Shown piece after piece: positions 38,817-50,157 of a DNA stretch of 64,000 nt. The notes under the pieces are model-generated. The model made no database searches and was not told the origin of the DNA. It was given only the letters and a program-made list of their open reading frames with translations. This stretch comes from Lingula anatina. Its lineage: Eukaryota > Animalia > Brachiopoda. Position 1 is the first letter of the stretch. Every line of letters starts with the position of its first letter. A program made the translations under genes and the position numbers. Where the stretch lies: the NCBI GenBank assembly GCA_051362555.1, contig CM120640.1, positions 29,717,967 through 29,781,966 on the forward strand, read 5' to 3'.

Positions 38817-40230
38817 GCATATATGCAACACTGTAAACTCAATATAAGAAAAACAGATAGGCCAATTGTCATTAAACTCACAGGAGTGGTCAATCCTTCT
38901 AAAACGCAGGTTGAGTTAAAAGAACAGCATAATCGGGCCATTATTTTAGAAGTTATGTTGTTTTTTCACATTTTCTCAGATTCAATTCTTAGGCATGTTA
39001 ACAGTTTCATTAATAAATTAATAAGATATTAAAAGTGTTTGTTTGACATTTCCTGCATCTTTACAACATTGTTAGTTGATTTTGTAAAAAATGATGGTTA
39101 ATTTGTTATCGTGTATTGTGTAATAAAGTTTCAAAAATGGAAATAAACTCGTATCATTGCAGTTTGTCAGATTCAATCATTCACTATGTTCAGAATCTCA
39201 GAATGGAAGAAATTGGACATTTAACACTGCTCTATTGATATTTTTTCCATCTCATCAATTTTTTTAGTTGATCGTATAAAAATGGCAGTAAACTGTTAAT
39301 TTTGTTTTATGTTAAAAAATGTTAAAAATGGAAAAAAAAAACATTTCAGAACAGTGCTGTCTTGTTTACATTTTGGCATTTTCAAGTTGTGACTTTGAAG
39401 TTCCATGGGCCTGAAGACCTTTGCTAGTCACATTTTCTGAATATCCATGATACTAATATTTTATTATTAAAAATTGATGGTCATTATGCTGTTAAACATT
39501 ATGTAATATTGCATCAAAATTTGAAAAAAACCTATTTTGGGCACTGCTCCCATGATGACCATTTAAGAAAAACCATGTCACTTACTGTTCTCAAACTTAC
39601 AGGAAAGAAACATGGGACTAAAATATAGCTTCAGTAGGCAATGCAATCTGCCAGTTAAACAGTTTTTTTTGTGAAATTTTAATTTTTCACATATTAGCAT
39701 TTTCAAGGTGTGACTTTAAAGTTCCACAGGCTTGAAGACCCATGCTTGTCACATTTTCTGAAAATCCATGATACATATATTTTATTATTAAAAATTGATT
39801 GTCATTATGCTGGTAACCATTATGTAATATTGCATCAGAATAGAAGAAAACACAATTTTGGGTGCTGCTGCCATGATGACCATTATGGGAAAACCATGTT
39901 ACTTATGATTGCCAAACTTTCAAAAAAGAAATACAGGACTAAAATGCAGCCTGAGTTGGAAAAGCAGTCTAATTGACTTCATTTCTGGAAGTTTTACATT
40001 TTCAAAGGGTGAACTTGAACTCCCATGGGCCTGAAGCCTTATGTTTGTTACACATTTTACACATTTTACACATTGTTGTTACACATTGGTATTACCTGTT
40101 GAGCATAATTAGAATTTAATGTTGAATTTGCAGTTTAACATAATGTACTTTTGCATCAGAATTGACAGTAGCATATTTTGTTATTTCCTGCTTTTTGTCT
40201 GTACATTTGACAGCTTTGCTGCCTTGTTTA
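38817..40230 (-). mobile_element. Partial copy of the 12314-14735 HINE
   Basis: 38818-39110 matches 12711-13000, 39630-40000 matches 13790-14180, and 40000-40230 matches 14525-14733. An extra internal unit lies at ~39370-39630. Confidence 0.85.
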
Positions 40231-40449
40231 GTATTAGTTTGCTATTACCTAGAAATATGGAATATTTGTTTGTCTGTAGACAGAGAGGTGTCCACACATA
40301 CACCAAGATATTTATGCATTAGTTCCAACTCTTTTGAAAAAATGGGAAGAAAGAAGACAGTATAATTGTCTTGTGTTCTTGTCCTTTTAAAGTCACTAAA
40401 TAATCACAAATTCCCATGTAATTTTACTGACAACTTTGCTCTCTTACAG

Positions 40450-41852
40450 ACTAGAGGAAGATGGAAGACTACCTGGAATAATACGATTAACCCTCAGAAA
40501 ATTAGATAAAGAAGGGCAGTGGTCTAAGAGAGAAAGTAAACAATGCAGAGTTCCTAGTCATGTTTTCGCATTAGGTAATAACAAAACTATTGCTTCGTAT
40601 TGTGTGCTCAGTAATAACAAGACTATCCAGATGAAGATGAAATGAGTATTAAGAAGCGAAATTGTTTAATTATTTCCCTGCATGGAAAAAAATTTTCTTG
40701 TAACATTGATTCCCTACAATCTACTTTTGAGAAAAAATGCAAAAAACGCTGATGCTTTGTGATATTTTGATTTCTTTTTATACTTCTGAGATATATTTTC
40801 AGATAATTCTGAAAGGAAGAAGGACAGACTGTTGCAGATTGCCATGGAATTATTCCACAAGATCATAGACACAAAAAAAAAAAACATTCCACCTAACTTT
40901 GCTCAACCTTGGTTTTACCAAATTTGATGTAACACCAACATATGCCAGTACAATTAATGCATATTTTTCCACTAGTGCCGCACATACCAGTTCAACAGGA
41001 ACAATAGCAAACTTAAAGGAAAGACAAAAGCAGACTTTTGATGAGCGGTCACAGCAGCCACAGAACCCTCCACTAAGTCAGTCATTTCACAGTCCACCTG
41101 GTAAAGAAAGCAAAATGTGTAGTAAATCAAATACCGGGATGAGTTCAATTTTAAGATGGACAGAAAGAAAGGAAAAAAGAACTGAAGTGCCAAGTCACTG
41201 CCATGATGTTGACACAAAGAGATTGAAATTGGATGTGCCAGGTACAGTGGTTTCTTTTCCTGATCACATTGATAGGTCTGTATTTGATGCTTTACCTCCA
41301 GAACTGAAATAAGAAGTGTTAGCCAATGCAGATTTGTTAAAAGCCCAAATTCTTGACTCCAGCCTTAAGGCCAGTGTCCATAAGGCCACGGACACAACCC
41401 AATATTGTGATAGCAATAATGGAAAGGCTGGAAACATGTTACAAGGCACAAAGACTGAAGTTGAATCAACAACCAAGGATACATGCATGGAAAAAGACTT
41501 GACTGTTGGTGCTGAGATAGAAGGTTCAATTTTGAGTCCTTGTCAAATGTCATTTTCCAAGAAAAATGATGATGAAAATTCATTACATTTTGATAGTGGC
41601 ACATTGGATACAACAGACAAAACATTGAACATCATGGTCCCTCCTGACATTGACAAATCTGTTTTCACACAGCTGCCTCCAGATATTCAAAAGGACTTGT
41701 TAACCCAGTGGAATCAGAAAATGTCCACAAATTCTCATGTTAAACAGAAATCCAAAACAACTAAGTCACCTTCATTGCTGAAATATTTCAAAAAACTTGC
41801 AGTATGTTATGATCTTTATGTTATATGTAAACACATTACTGTTAATAAATGA
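40450..41852 (+). pseudogene. POLI: DNA polymerase iota 3' exons (little finger end, two UBM motifs), disrupted
   Basis: Exon 40450-40574 (ag/gt) encodes LEEDGRLPGIIRLTLRK…RESKQCRVPSHV. Exon from 40803 encodes AMELFHKIIDTKK-TFHLTLLNLGFTKF, UBM1 FPDHIDRSVFDALPPELK and UBM2 VPPDIDKSVFTQLPPDIQKDLL. +1 frameshift in the A12 run (~40873-84) and in-frame TAA at 41310-12. No upstream exons recognised. Confidence 0.85.
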
Positions 41853-42445
41853 TATTGATTTAACAGACAGAGTTTTTTTGGAATAACTATGGAAGAAATT
41901 AAAAAAATTTTGTCTCTTAGTCTACCAGGGACAGGGCAGGCAGAGTATAGACTAGATGCTAAACCATTACAGAGGCTTAGAAAGTAACGTTTATTTTCTA
42001 GAAAAAGGAGGGAGGGCAACTAACTGAATAAGAACACCAAGTGATAGACTGTCACACCCATCTCGGCCCATTCCCTACTGAAATCTGACTGTAAGCAGAT
42101 AGAATTTTTACTGGCAATATATGAGTTTATTTCACTAGATACTGAAAAACAAATTTTACATGTCACGATATTTTTACTGGCAATATATGAGTTTATTTCA
42201 CTAGATATTGAAAAACAAATTTTACATGTCACGATTTTAAATCATTAATGACAAGTGTTTATAATATTTTTGCGACTAGCTGTCACTGTGTCCTTGATTA
42301 ATTTTACTTTATGAAAACTGCTCAAAGAACAATTATGAAATATATTCAGTCTAGAAGTCACAAATGCATGGATGAGTAGCTCTTGTTTGCTTGCTGTCAA
42401 TAAGGTGAAGAATCTTAGATATTCGTTGCAGACTAAAATATGATT

Positions 42446-42560
42446 TACACACTGTTAATGTGTGGTGTCATGTCACATTTGTAGTTGAAAGTTACACCCA
42501 CGTTTCTAACTTCTGTGCTTGTTGTGATAACAGAATCTCCAACTCTGATACTGTATAGTA
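42446..42560 (-). mobile_element. Short CR1/L2-type LINE RT fragment
   Basis: IRVGDSVITTSTEVRNVGVTF…MTPHINSV resembles the post-RT 'VRNLGV' region. It lies just after the point where IDNK similarity stops. Confidence 0.55.
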
Positions 42561-42619
42561 TATATATGGTGCTGTCTATGGAAAACTTAGAGTTGAAATG
42601 GACCAATTCAGTAATGATC

Positions 42620-44941
42620 AATACTGAACATTGTGATTCAACTAATGAGGGAGGCATAAAATGTCCAGTTCGCATTTGCATTCGTTGAGTAATTGTTTCT
42701 TTATCTCCCTTCAAGTAGACAAATTTGATATTCTGTGGAGGGAATGCTGCTCCATTTATCCTACTTGGATTTTTATCTTCAGCAAAATCCTCAGCCCCAA
42801 CATTACCATTTAGAATGATTTCCCGGTAGATCTTCTTCAGAGAGGAGCAAGTAATTATTCCAGATGAACCTTCATCAAGCCACCTAAAAAACACGGGTTA
42901 TTGATAAATTGATAAATGGTGATCACAGAAAGAACTTTTATGTTTGTAGAGAAATACCTTTGATTTTTTGCATATTAACATTCAAACTTACATTAAAAGA
43001 GACATTGATGATAGAAAGAAAAGCAGTATTCATAACAAAAGCCAACTAAGTTTACATCAAAATAAAATTACTCTTGTGATCCTTCTGTATTCTAAATCTT
43101 AGATATGTTAAGTACTTTGAATTGCATGTTGTGAAAAATAATCAGAATTCAGCATTCAGGATTTGTACGAGGCATGCCACACTGAAACCAGTATGGCTAA
43201 TAGCCGCTATCATTTCACTACAAGTATTATTGGTAGCGACATGATCCTAGCATTATGAAAGCACTTACAACTTGACCAATATTGAAAAATCACACAAACC
43301 TTTGAATGACTTGGTGTAATGCCAGAAGCCATGGTAGTCTGTCCTGTAAAATATGTAAAAGACCACAATGGTTACAATTAAGTTATCACTGAGATAAGAA
43401 CATTATGAAACCTTTTTATTCAAAAATTAACAATGATAACAATATTGGCTTCAGCATGGCAAACAAATTTTACATGTCAAGATTTAAAATCTGAAATGTA
43501 ATATATATTTATAATATTTTTTGTGACTAGCTGACAGGTGTCCTTGAATAATTAAATTCTTTAAGAATTTTTTATTCAAAGATTTACAACTAGAAACACG
43601 ATACAAGCACTGTACCTGATCTTCCAAAGGAATCCCTCTGGCCATTTTGGCTTAGTTTTCTGGTGTGTGATAGTCATCAGCTTCAACAATAGGCCACCCT
43701 ACCTAATAAACATACAAGTTATAAATAAAGTTTGTTCAATGGTGTTGCCAAAATGACAAATCAAATGCAGCCTTAAAAACAATGCCAAAATACTAGAAAT
43801 TTAATCTAGTGTATGTACCTAACATAGGGAAGTGTGATATTTATTTATTATGCTGTAACATTACGTAATTTTAATAAAATTAACATTATCTAATGCTATA
43901 TAATAACTAACACTATTCTTTTACTAGAGGGACCTTTCATTAAAAGCAGCTGCTATCGGCCAAATTTCGAACATCATATTTGTGTTTGTCTTTTTCTTAT
44001 ATTTTCACTAGGGTTAATGAGGAGACATAAAGGATTGACTAAAAACTAATTAGCAGTGCTGATATTTCACATAGTCATTATATTAAGAAAACTTCGACTA
44101 GCATACTCAGTGAATGTTTCTTAAAGAAAAACAAGGTAGCAAAGCTGTCAAATGGACAGACGTAAATGGCAAAACTAAAAGAAGCAATGCCATTAAAACA
44201 GATTAAAATTATAAACAACCAATAAACAATGAAGGCACACAAAATATCTTTTTGTCATTTTTGGTGGAATTATATTACTAGACAATAATCACAGCTAATT
44301 TTTTTATTGTTAATTTTTTAAAGTGCTACCCAGTACTGTTGTTCTGGACATTCAGAAAATGTTTATCTGTCACAGATATTTAAAGTTACACTAAGAAAAT
44401 GCATTCTATTTATATGAACAAAATGCTGCACTCCACATGGTTCATTAGCATAATGCATGTATGTATTACCCCTATCCCTCTGGTGAAAATTTTTTGTCGT
44501 GCATGCATAAGCCTGCTTCTCATAAATATTCACATATTTATATATCTGCAGTATACTAGGTACTGGTACACCTGTACATCACGCATAAGCTAGTTGCAGT
44601 TAAATATAAATTAGAACATTTAAAAGTAGTGTTCTGTTTTATATGGTTATCGATTTTATTAATTTCTTTGAATGCCATTTCATAAAAGTTACACTACTTC
44701 ATGATAGTTAGAATAATGAAAAGTTGTTTTTCATGCTACATGGTGTTTAGGATCAATTAAAAAAAATCCAGGAAAGTCCATACAGACAACAACGGTGACA
44801 TCAGACATGGGTGATGCATGGCTAAATGTCCAGACCCATAGTGTCTGTTGATAATAATTTTAAGGTAAAAATAGAAATGGAAGTCTTGAAGTCTAAATTA
44901 ACTTACATACCTTGTCTGACAGCAACTGAGCAATGGTTGTT
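42620..44941 (-). pseudogene. IDNK: Gluconokinase (IDNK/GntK family) exons, disrupted
   Basis: Exons 44911-44941 (TTIAQLLSDK), 43616-43702 (VGWPIVEADDYHTPEN*AKMARGIPLEDQ; TAA at 43652-54), 43300-43343 (DRLPWLLALHQVIQ) and 42883 to ~42620 (WLDEGSSGIITCSSLKKIYR…FVYLKG…RTGHFMPPSLVESQ). GT-AG sites with matching phases. C-terminal LEPP region and P-loop exon not found. Confidence 0.9.
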
Positions 44942-45115
44942 CTTGTTGATGATTGCGTTAGTTGTGACCTCTGACATTGTGGTCCGTCCCATGATGCATT
45001 AGTAGTAATGGTTAGGTGTTGAATAAAGTTTAGTGTTTATTGAACATGTGAATATTGCGTTGTTCCACATAGACACAGTCTGGTCCATACAAAACTGGGA
45101 CCGAGATCAACATAC

Positions 45116-46015
45116 CCGGGGCTAGTTGGCCCCCTTGACTCGGGGCAAGTTGGACCCTCATGTTACCCACAATCCTTTGCGCGCAACGCTGTTTGAAATA
45201 AACAAGTTGGTGAAATTGACAAAGCTTGCCGGTGTTTACCGTCTGATTGATTTAATTTGCTCTCTGGTGTTTTTTCGAAAATTTATATTAGAAATGTTCT
45301 GTTGATTGTATGTATTAAAAAGCAAATCCATTGGACTTTCATTAGAAAAACATTAATTTTGCCTTAATTCATTGTAAGGGAATTCCTTTTGTATTTATAG
45401 TGTTATATGTGGCCCCAAGGGGATTTCCACCCCTCCCTAGCTAGAGACCATTGTTGAAACAAACTCAATGGTTTAAAACTGAATTTGTTACCTTCTTTTA
45501 AAACGAAAATTTATTATTCGTTTTCATTCATTAAAAACCTGCTTTATAACATTATAATGTATTCCTAATTAAAACAAAACAATTTTTTTGATAGATATTT
45601 TGGTTCTTGCAACACATACCCCCCCCCCCCCTACAACGTGACGTACGGAAACCTCAATAAATCTGCCTCATTTCAATTATTTATTCATCAAAGGCTCTCA
45701 AAAATCAATTCTATAAATTAAAAATGTATAAAAATATATTTCAAGGCGTTTACATGGGATATATACTTCATTTTCGTGTAGGGGGGCCAACTTGCCCCGA
45801 CCCCGTGGCTGGGCAAGTTGGCCCCTTTGACGTCAACTGCGTTTTTTGTCAAATTGTGAGCCATCTGGCATTATATTTTTAAAATAATGATGTTGCACAC
45901 GTAGCATAGTTCATGGGGCTTACTTTGAAACCGGTTTTGTTACTCTAACCCATTCCTAGTTGGCTCTACAAGGCCAAAAGTGTCTAACTGGGCCAACTAG
46001 CCCCGGTCTCCCCTA
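45116..46015. mobile_element. Pogo/Tc1-mariner-like non-autonomous element relic
   Basis: Inverted repeats ccggggctagttggccc / gggccaactagccccggtctcccc-TA, with internal ggggcaagttggccc repeats. Confidence 0.55.
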
Positions 46016-46796
46016 ACCTCCTTGGCGGAGGTAATAACGTTCAGCAGACGAGATCAATCGGCGCTCATTAGTTTCCGTGGCCTGCGAACAAAGATCAATA
46101 ACAGCGAAGGCCGTGGGGAGGGGCAAGGACGTGGAGAAGGCCGTGGGGAGGGACAGGGACGTGGAGAAGCCGTGGGGAGAAGCCGTTGGTCATTTGCCAT
46201 TACATGTCATTTTTTAATCAAACTAATACGACCATTTTCTCTATTTTTTCTGAAAGCAAATAAATATCATTTTATTTGCATTTTATTTGATGTAAGAGAG
46301 GTTTCTGAACAACAGGTTAAGTAAATAATAATAATGAAACTAGAAAAAAGAAGATAAATTTCGGAGCTTGTTTATTTCTGTCATGGGGCAGTGGTAAAAC
46401 AATTAAAACTTACAGTAAATTCATCAAAGAAATACCTGTAGAATGAGGTTATCTGCTTACACACCACCTGGAGATAAAATTTTATTAAAAGCAGGCATTT
46501 ATAATTTTTCTCAATATGACATTTTCATTTTCATTATTATATTCATTGAAGGGGGATTGTCCAGGGGGGGGGGGGGGGGGGCATTCTGATACTTGGATAT
46601 ATATTTGATCTCTTAGATTATCTAAAGACCAAGATGAATAAGAAAATTTGAAGCTTTTTTAAATTATACATCAACGAAATTGCTTTGGGAAGATAAGGAT
46701 TAAGAAATGTAAGTTGACTTATCAACTCTATCATGTATAGCGCAGTTTCAATAAAATTTTGTTCGAGACTTCCAGGCCTTATAAACGGATCAGGCG

Positions 46797-46960
46797 TTTA
46801 CTGACACTAGCTGCAGATCTTTAGTACTAACGCCTATATTAACCACAAAACCCACGGATTAGCCAACGCACCACACAGCTCTGGTAGTGTTGGATAATTT
46901 GTATGTTTTGTGGTTAAAATGGGTGTTAGAGCTAAAAGATCTGCGGGTAGCTGTAGTAAA
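46797..46960 (+). other. Long imperfect inverted repeat (hairpin, ~75-bp arms, short loop)
   Basis: ctagctgcagatctttagtactaacgcctatattaaccacaaaacccacggattagccaacgcacca pairs with tggtagtgttggataatttgtatgttttgtggttaaaatgggtgttagagctaaaagatctgcgggtag. Confidence 0.85.
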
Positions 46961-46962
46961 AG

Positions 46963-47183
46963 CAGTGGCGGATTTGGAGGGGGGGGTTCTGAAAAAAATC
47001 ACACTAATATTCCCCTCTTGGATTTAAAATATTGACTAGCTGATTAATGGTGCTAAATCGTACCAAATACCAAATGGCACCGTTCGCCCTCTAAAAATAC
47101 CAAAAGTTTTAGGGCCCTTCACCGGTAGAACCCCACGCCGTGTAGAAGGGGGGGGGGTTTGATTTCGCATCCGCCCCCCCCCC

Positions 47184-47214
<31 letters not shown>

Positions 47215-47251
47215 ACACACACACCTTCAAATAACCCTGGATCCGCCCCTG
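46963..47251. mobile_element. hAT-like MITE (cagtggcggat…atccgcccctg)
   Basis: TIRs are visible. Same family as 52110-52405 and the inverted relic at ~330-417. Confidence 0.75.
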
Positions 47252-49442
47252 TAAAGCTGTCGAAGAGGAAATACGTCGAAGAGATCCACGGCCCCGGAAG
47301 TATAAATTTGACTGAGAGCTGTCTGAAAAAGAAATAAAAAAAAACAAGTTTTCAGCTCACCTTATCTACACCTAAAGTTGACCAACCATGCCAGGTTAGG
47401 AATGGGAGGAAAGAATATAAAATTCGAACACATTTTCATTCGCCGCCAGTTTTATCTCGACTGTTTCCATGTACCAGTGAATAACCAGTTATCATGCACG
47501 AATGGTAACAGTTTACTCAGGGGCGGATGACAGGCCTCAGATGCGAAGCTGACCCTCGCCCCCTCCTCCATCCCCTTTGACGTGGGGTTCGGGGCCCGCT
47601 GAAGGGTACCGAAAAAATTTGGTATGTTAGAGGGTGAACATTGCCATTTGCTACGGTCTAGAACTATGATTAAACTAGTCAAAATTCTAATATCAAGAGA
47701 GGAGTATTGGTATGGTTTATTTTCAAGAACTGAAGGGGGGGGGGCAGGACCTTCCTGACACCCTCCTAAAGCTTAGGCTGCAGTGTTTTGCCTGTGCTGC
47801 GGTCTCGGCCTCATTGTGACGGCTAGCACAAAATTCATGCGTTAACTGGTTGACACGCACTGCAGGAAAGGTTTCAAAAGTGTTAACTTTCGACCAGTTT
47901 GCGCTCCCACAAAAAAAAAGAAAAAGAAGGAGAAGAATAAATAGAAGCCTGTCCCTTCCTGTGTTCACGTGAAAAAAGTGAGCAGGGGGCTTTTAAAACA
48001 CCATTCTTTTTATAGCCCGCACTCCGACTGCCTTGGGCAGCCGTAGGTGTGTGAGGAGGGGGCCTTCCCGCAATATATTTTGAAATAAGCCATTGATGTT
48101 GTGATTATGTCATGTAAACCAAATATTGGTCTTCAAAATGGAAGATAGACTGCCTTGTATGAATAAAATTAACAAACCTGGGCGGGACTAGTCTCCATAG
48201 TAGACAGCGTATGGAGTATTGCTCTCTACAAAAATTGCCCCGTTCATGAGAAGACGCGTTACTGTCTACCATTAAAAGACCCAGTTCAATAATAAATGGG
48301 ACGACTTTTTATATCAAGCCTGTATCAATTTCTGATTCCCCATTGAGTAAATTATAAATCATTCTTACGTATATGAATATTAAAATAGTTTATAATAAAT
48401 GAAGAGAGAGAGAGAGAGGTTGAACAATATAAGAATATAAGAACAATAAGAACAATAACAAATCTTTTACATTAATATATGCGCCTTCGGACAAAAATTC
48501 ATAGAATGTGCTTGATGAGGCAAAACAAAGATGCTGTTGTTAATGCTGAATTAATTTTGTTAATTTAAAAATAGAATGAAATAAATTAGATAAAAAAGTA
48601 TGTTTTCAAGTAAATATTCGATCAAATATTAATTCTTTTACGGCGTAGCATCCATTTTATATACATGTATAATGAAAAGATTTTTTACCAGTCTGATGAA
48701 ATACAGTATAAAATACTGAACGAACAAATTCAATAAATTAAACCAAGAATTTCAAGTCTTTGATTAAACCAGACCGATTTATTCCACTATTAGTTTATTT
48801 ATTTTCACACGTTATTGAAATCTGGAGTTTTTATACTTATGAAGTACTAACAATATGTAGCAGATTAAAGCTCGAAAGATGCTCGAAAGATTGTTAACTC
48901 ATTGCATAAACTTGTTTTAGTTTTAATTTGTCAGTTTTAATTGTGTAGTTAATTTGAAAACAACAGTTTTCACGCACGCTCCTGTCAATATACAGAGACG
49001 GGCTACTTATTGCCTCGGCCCTTTATAAGGAACGAACAAAACACGGCCGGTAGTTTTTAATTTTACCTGGTCACTAACATCATTATCTCGGCCTTTTTCT
49101 CTCCGTAGTTCATGAAAAAATGACAAGGTTTTACTTTTTATACCATCCGTTTTTTAAAAATGATCCTAAAAAAGTATTATGTTCAGTTCGTATACGAAGT
49201 TCAGATTTCGTACAAGCACCAAGAAAGGATTATGGAGCAACAAACATCGTCAACAACGTTAATTCATGTATAGTCATTTAACATCATATCCAGAAAAAGA
49301 ATGACAACTGATTTTAGTACATTTAAAAACGCCTGTGAAAGAACCTGGGATTCTTTCACGTTGTTAAATTTCAGTCTCTCGGTTGAAATAAAGAACCTGG
49401 CGTTTTTTAACGCTGCAAAAAGAAAAGAAAAGAAAATGCCCC

Positions 49443-50157
49443 CTACCTCCAGAATGTTACGACATGTATTGTTATAGACAGGTATGAATCAAATTCAAAC
49501 AGGCTAATTCAGCTTTGATGGAAGCTGTGAAGCGCACACGACTATGAATGACAGTTTTTTTAACAAAGGTCAAACACAATTACTACAATCTTCTCTCTGA
49601 ACATGTAAAAAAACCCTATGCCCTTTGATTGACAAGATGCCAATCAAATTCATTAGTTTTGATAGCTGCTGTCAAGTAATAACAGCTTGATTGGCAGGTT
49701 ATATATAATTATATAAACAAACGTCAATCACAATCATTACACGGTGGATCACTATAGTCGTCGAACACGTTTAGTTCAAGCTTCCTACACCCTTTGATTG
49801 ACAAGGTGCCAATCAAATTCAGTTAGTTTTTATAGTTGCTTCAAGTTATAACAGTTTGATTGGCAGATTTATATATAAACAAACGTCAATCATCGCGCAC
49901 TGTGAATACTCTCGCTGTGAAACAGTGAGTACGCCAAAAGAGAGCGCTAAAATCTGAAGTTAGTAATTAAATTGCAAAATATTTCAAGAGAATATGTGCA
50001 ACATGTTTCCAAAACTCTTTTTGAACCCTTCGGCGTGTCTAATACGACACTCTAGATTACAAACTATTTTGTAAAAAAGAAGATTTAAGCAAAAGAAACT
50101 AATTTAAAAACAGATTCAAGTAAAGAAATATGACATTTGACGTTATTCTGGAGGTAG
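49443..50157. mobile_element. TIR-bounded element containing a ~170-bp tandem duplication rich in CCAAT boxes
   Basis: 13-bp TIR ctacctccagaat / attctggaggtag. Duplicated unit starts at 49621 and 49791. TSD unclear. Confidence 0.55.

Noticed and set aside
41310-41312. Stop-codon readthrough or recoding in POLI and IDNK (both TAA)
   Set aside because: Both genes have other lesions (frameshift, truncation, missing exons), and single-base nonsense changes explain both stops.
42104-42236. ~66-bp tandem duplication with a related copy at ~43460
   Set aside because: Simple AT-rich local duplication with no structure suggesting function.
46086-46185. GC-rich ~30-bp tandem repeat encoding GRGEGQ in ORF 46022-46324
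   Set aside because: Only about 3 copies, no splice or start context, and the ORF spans unrelated repeat fragments.
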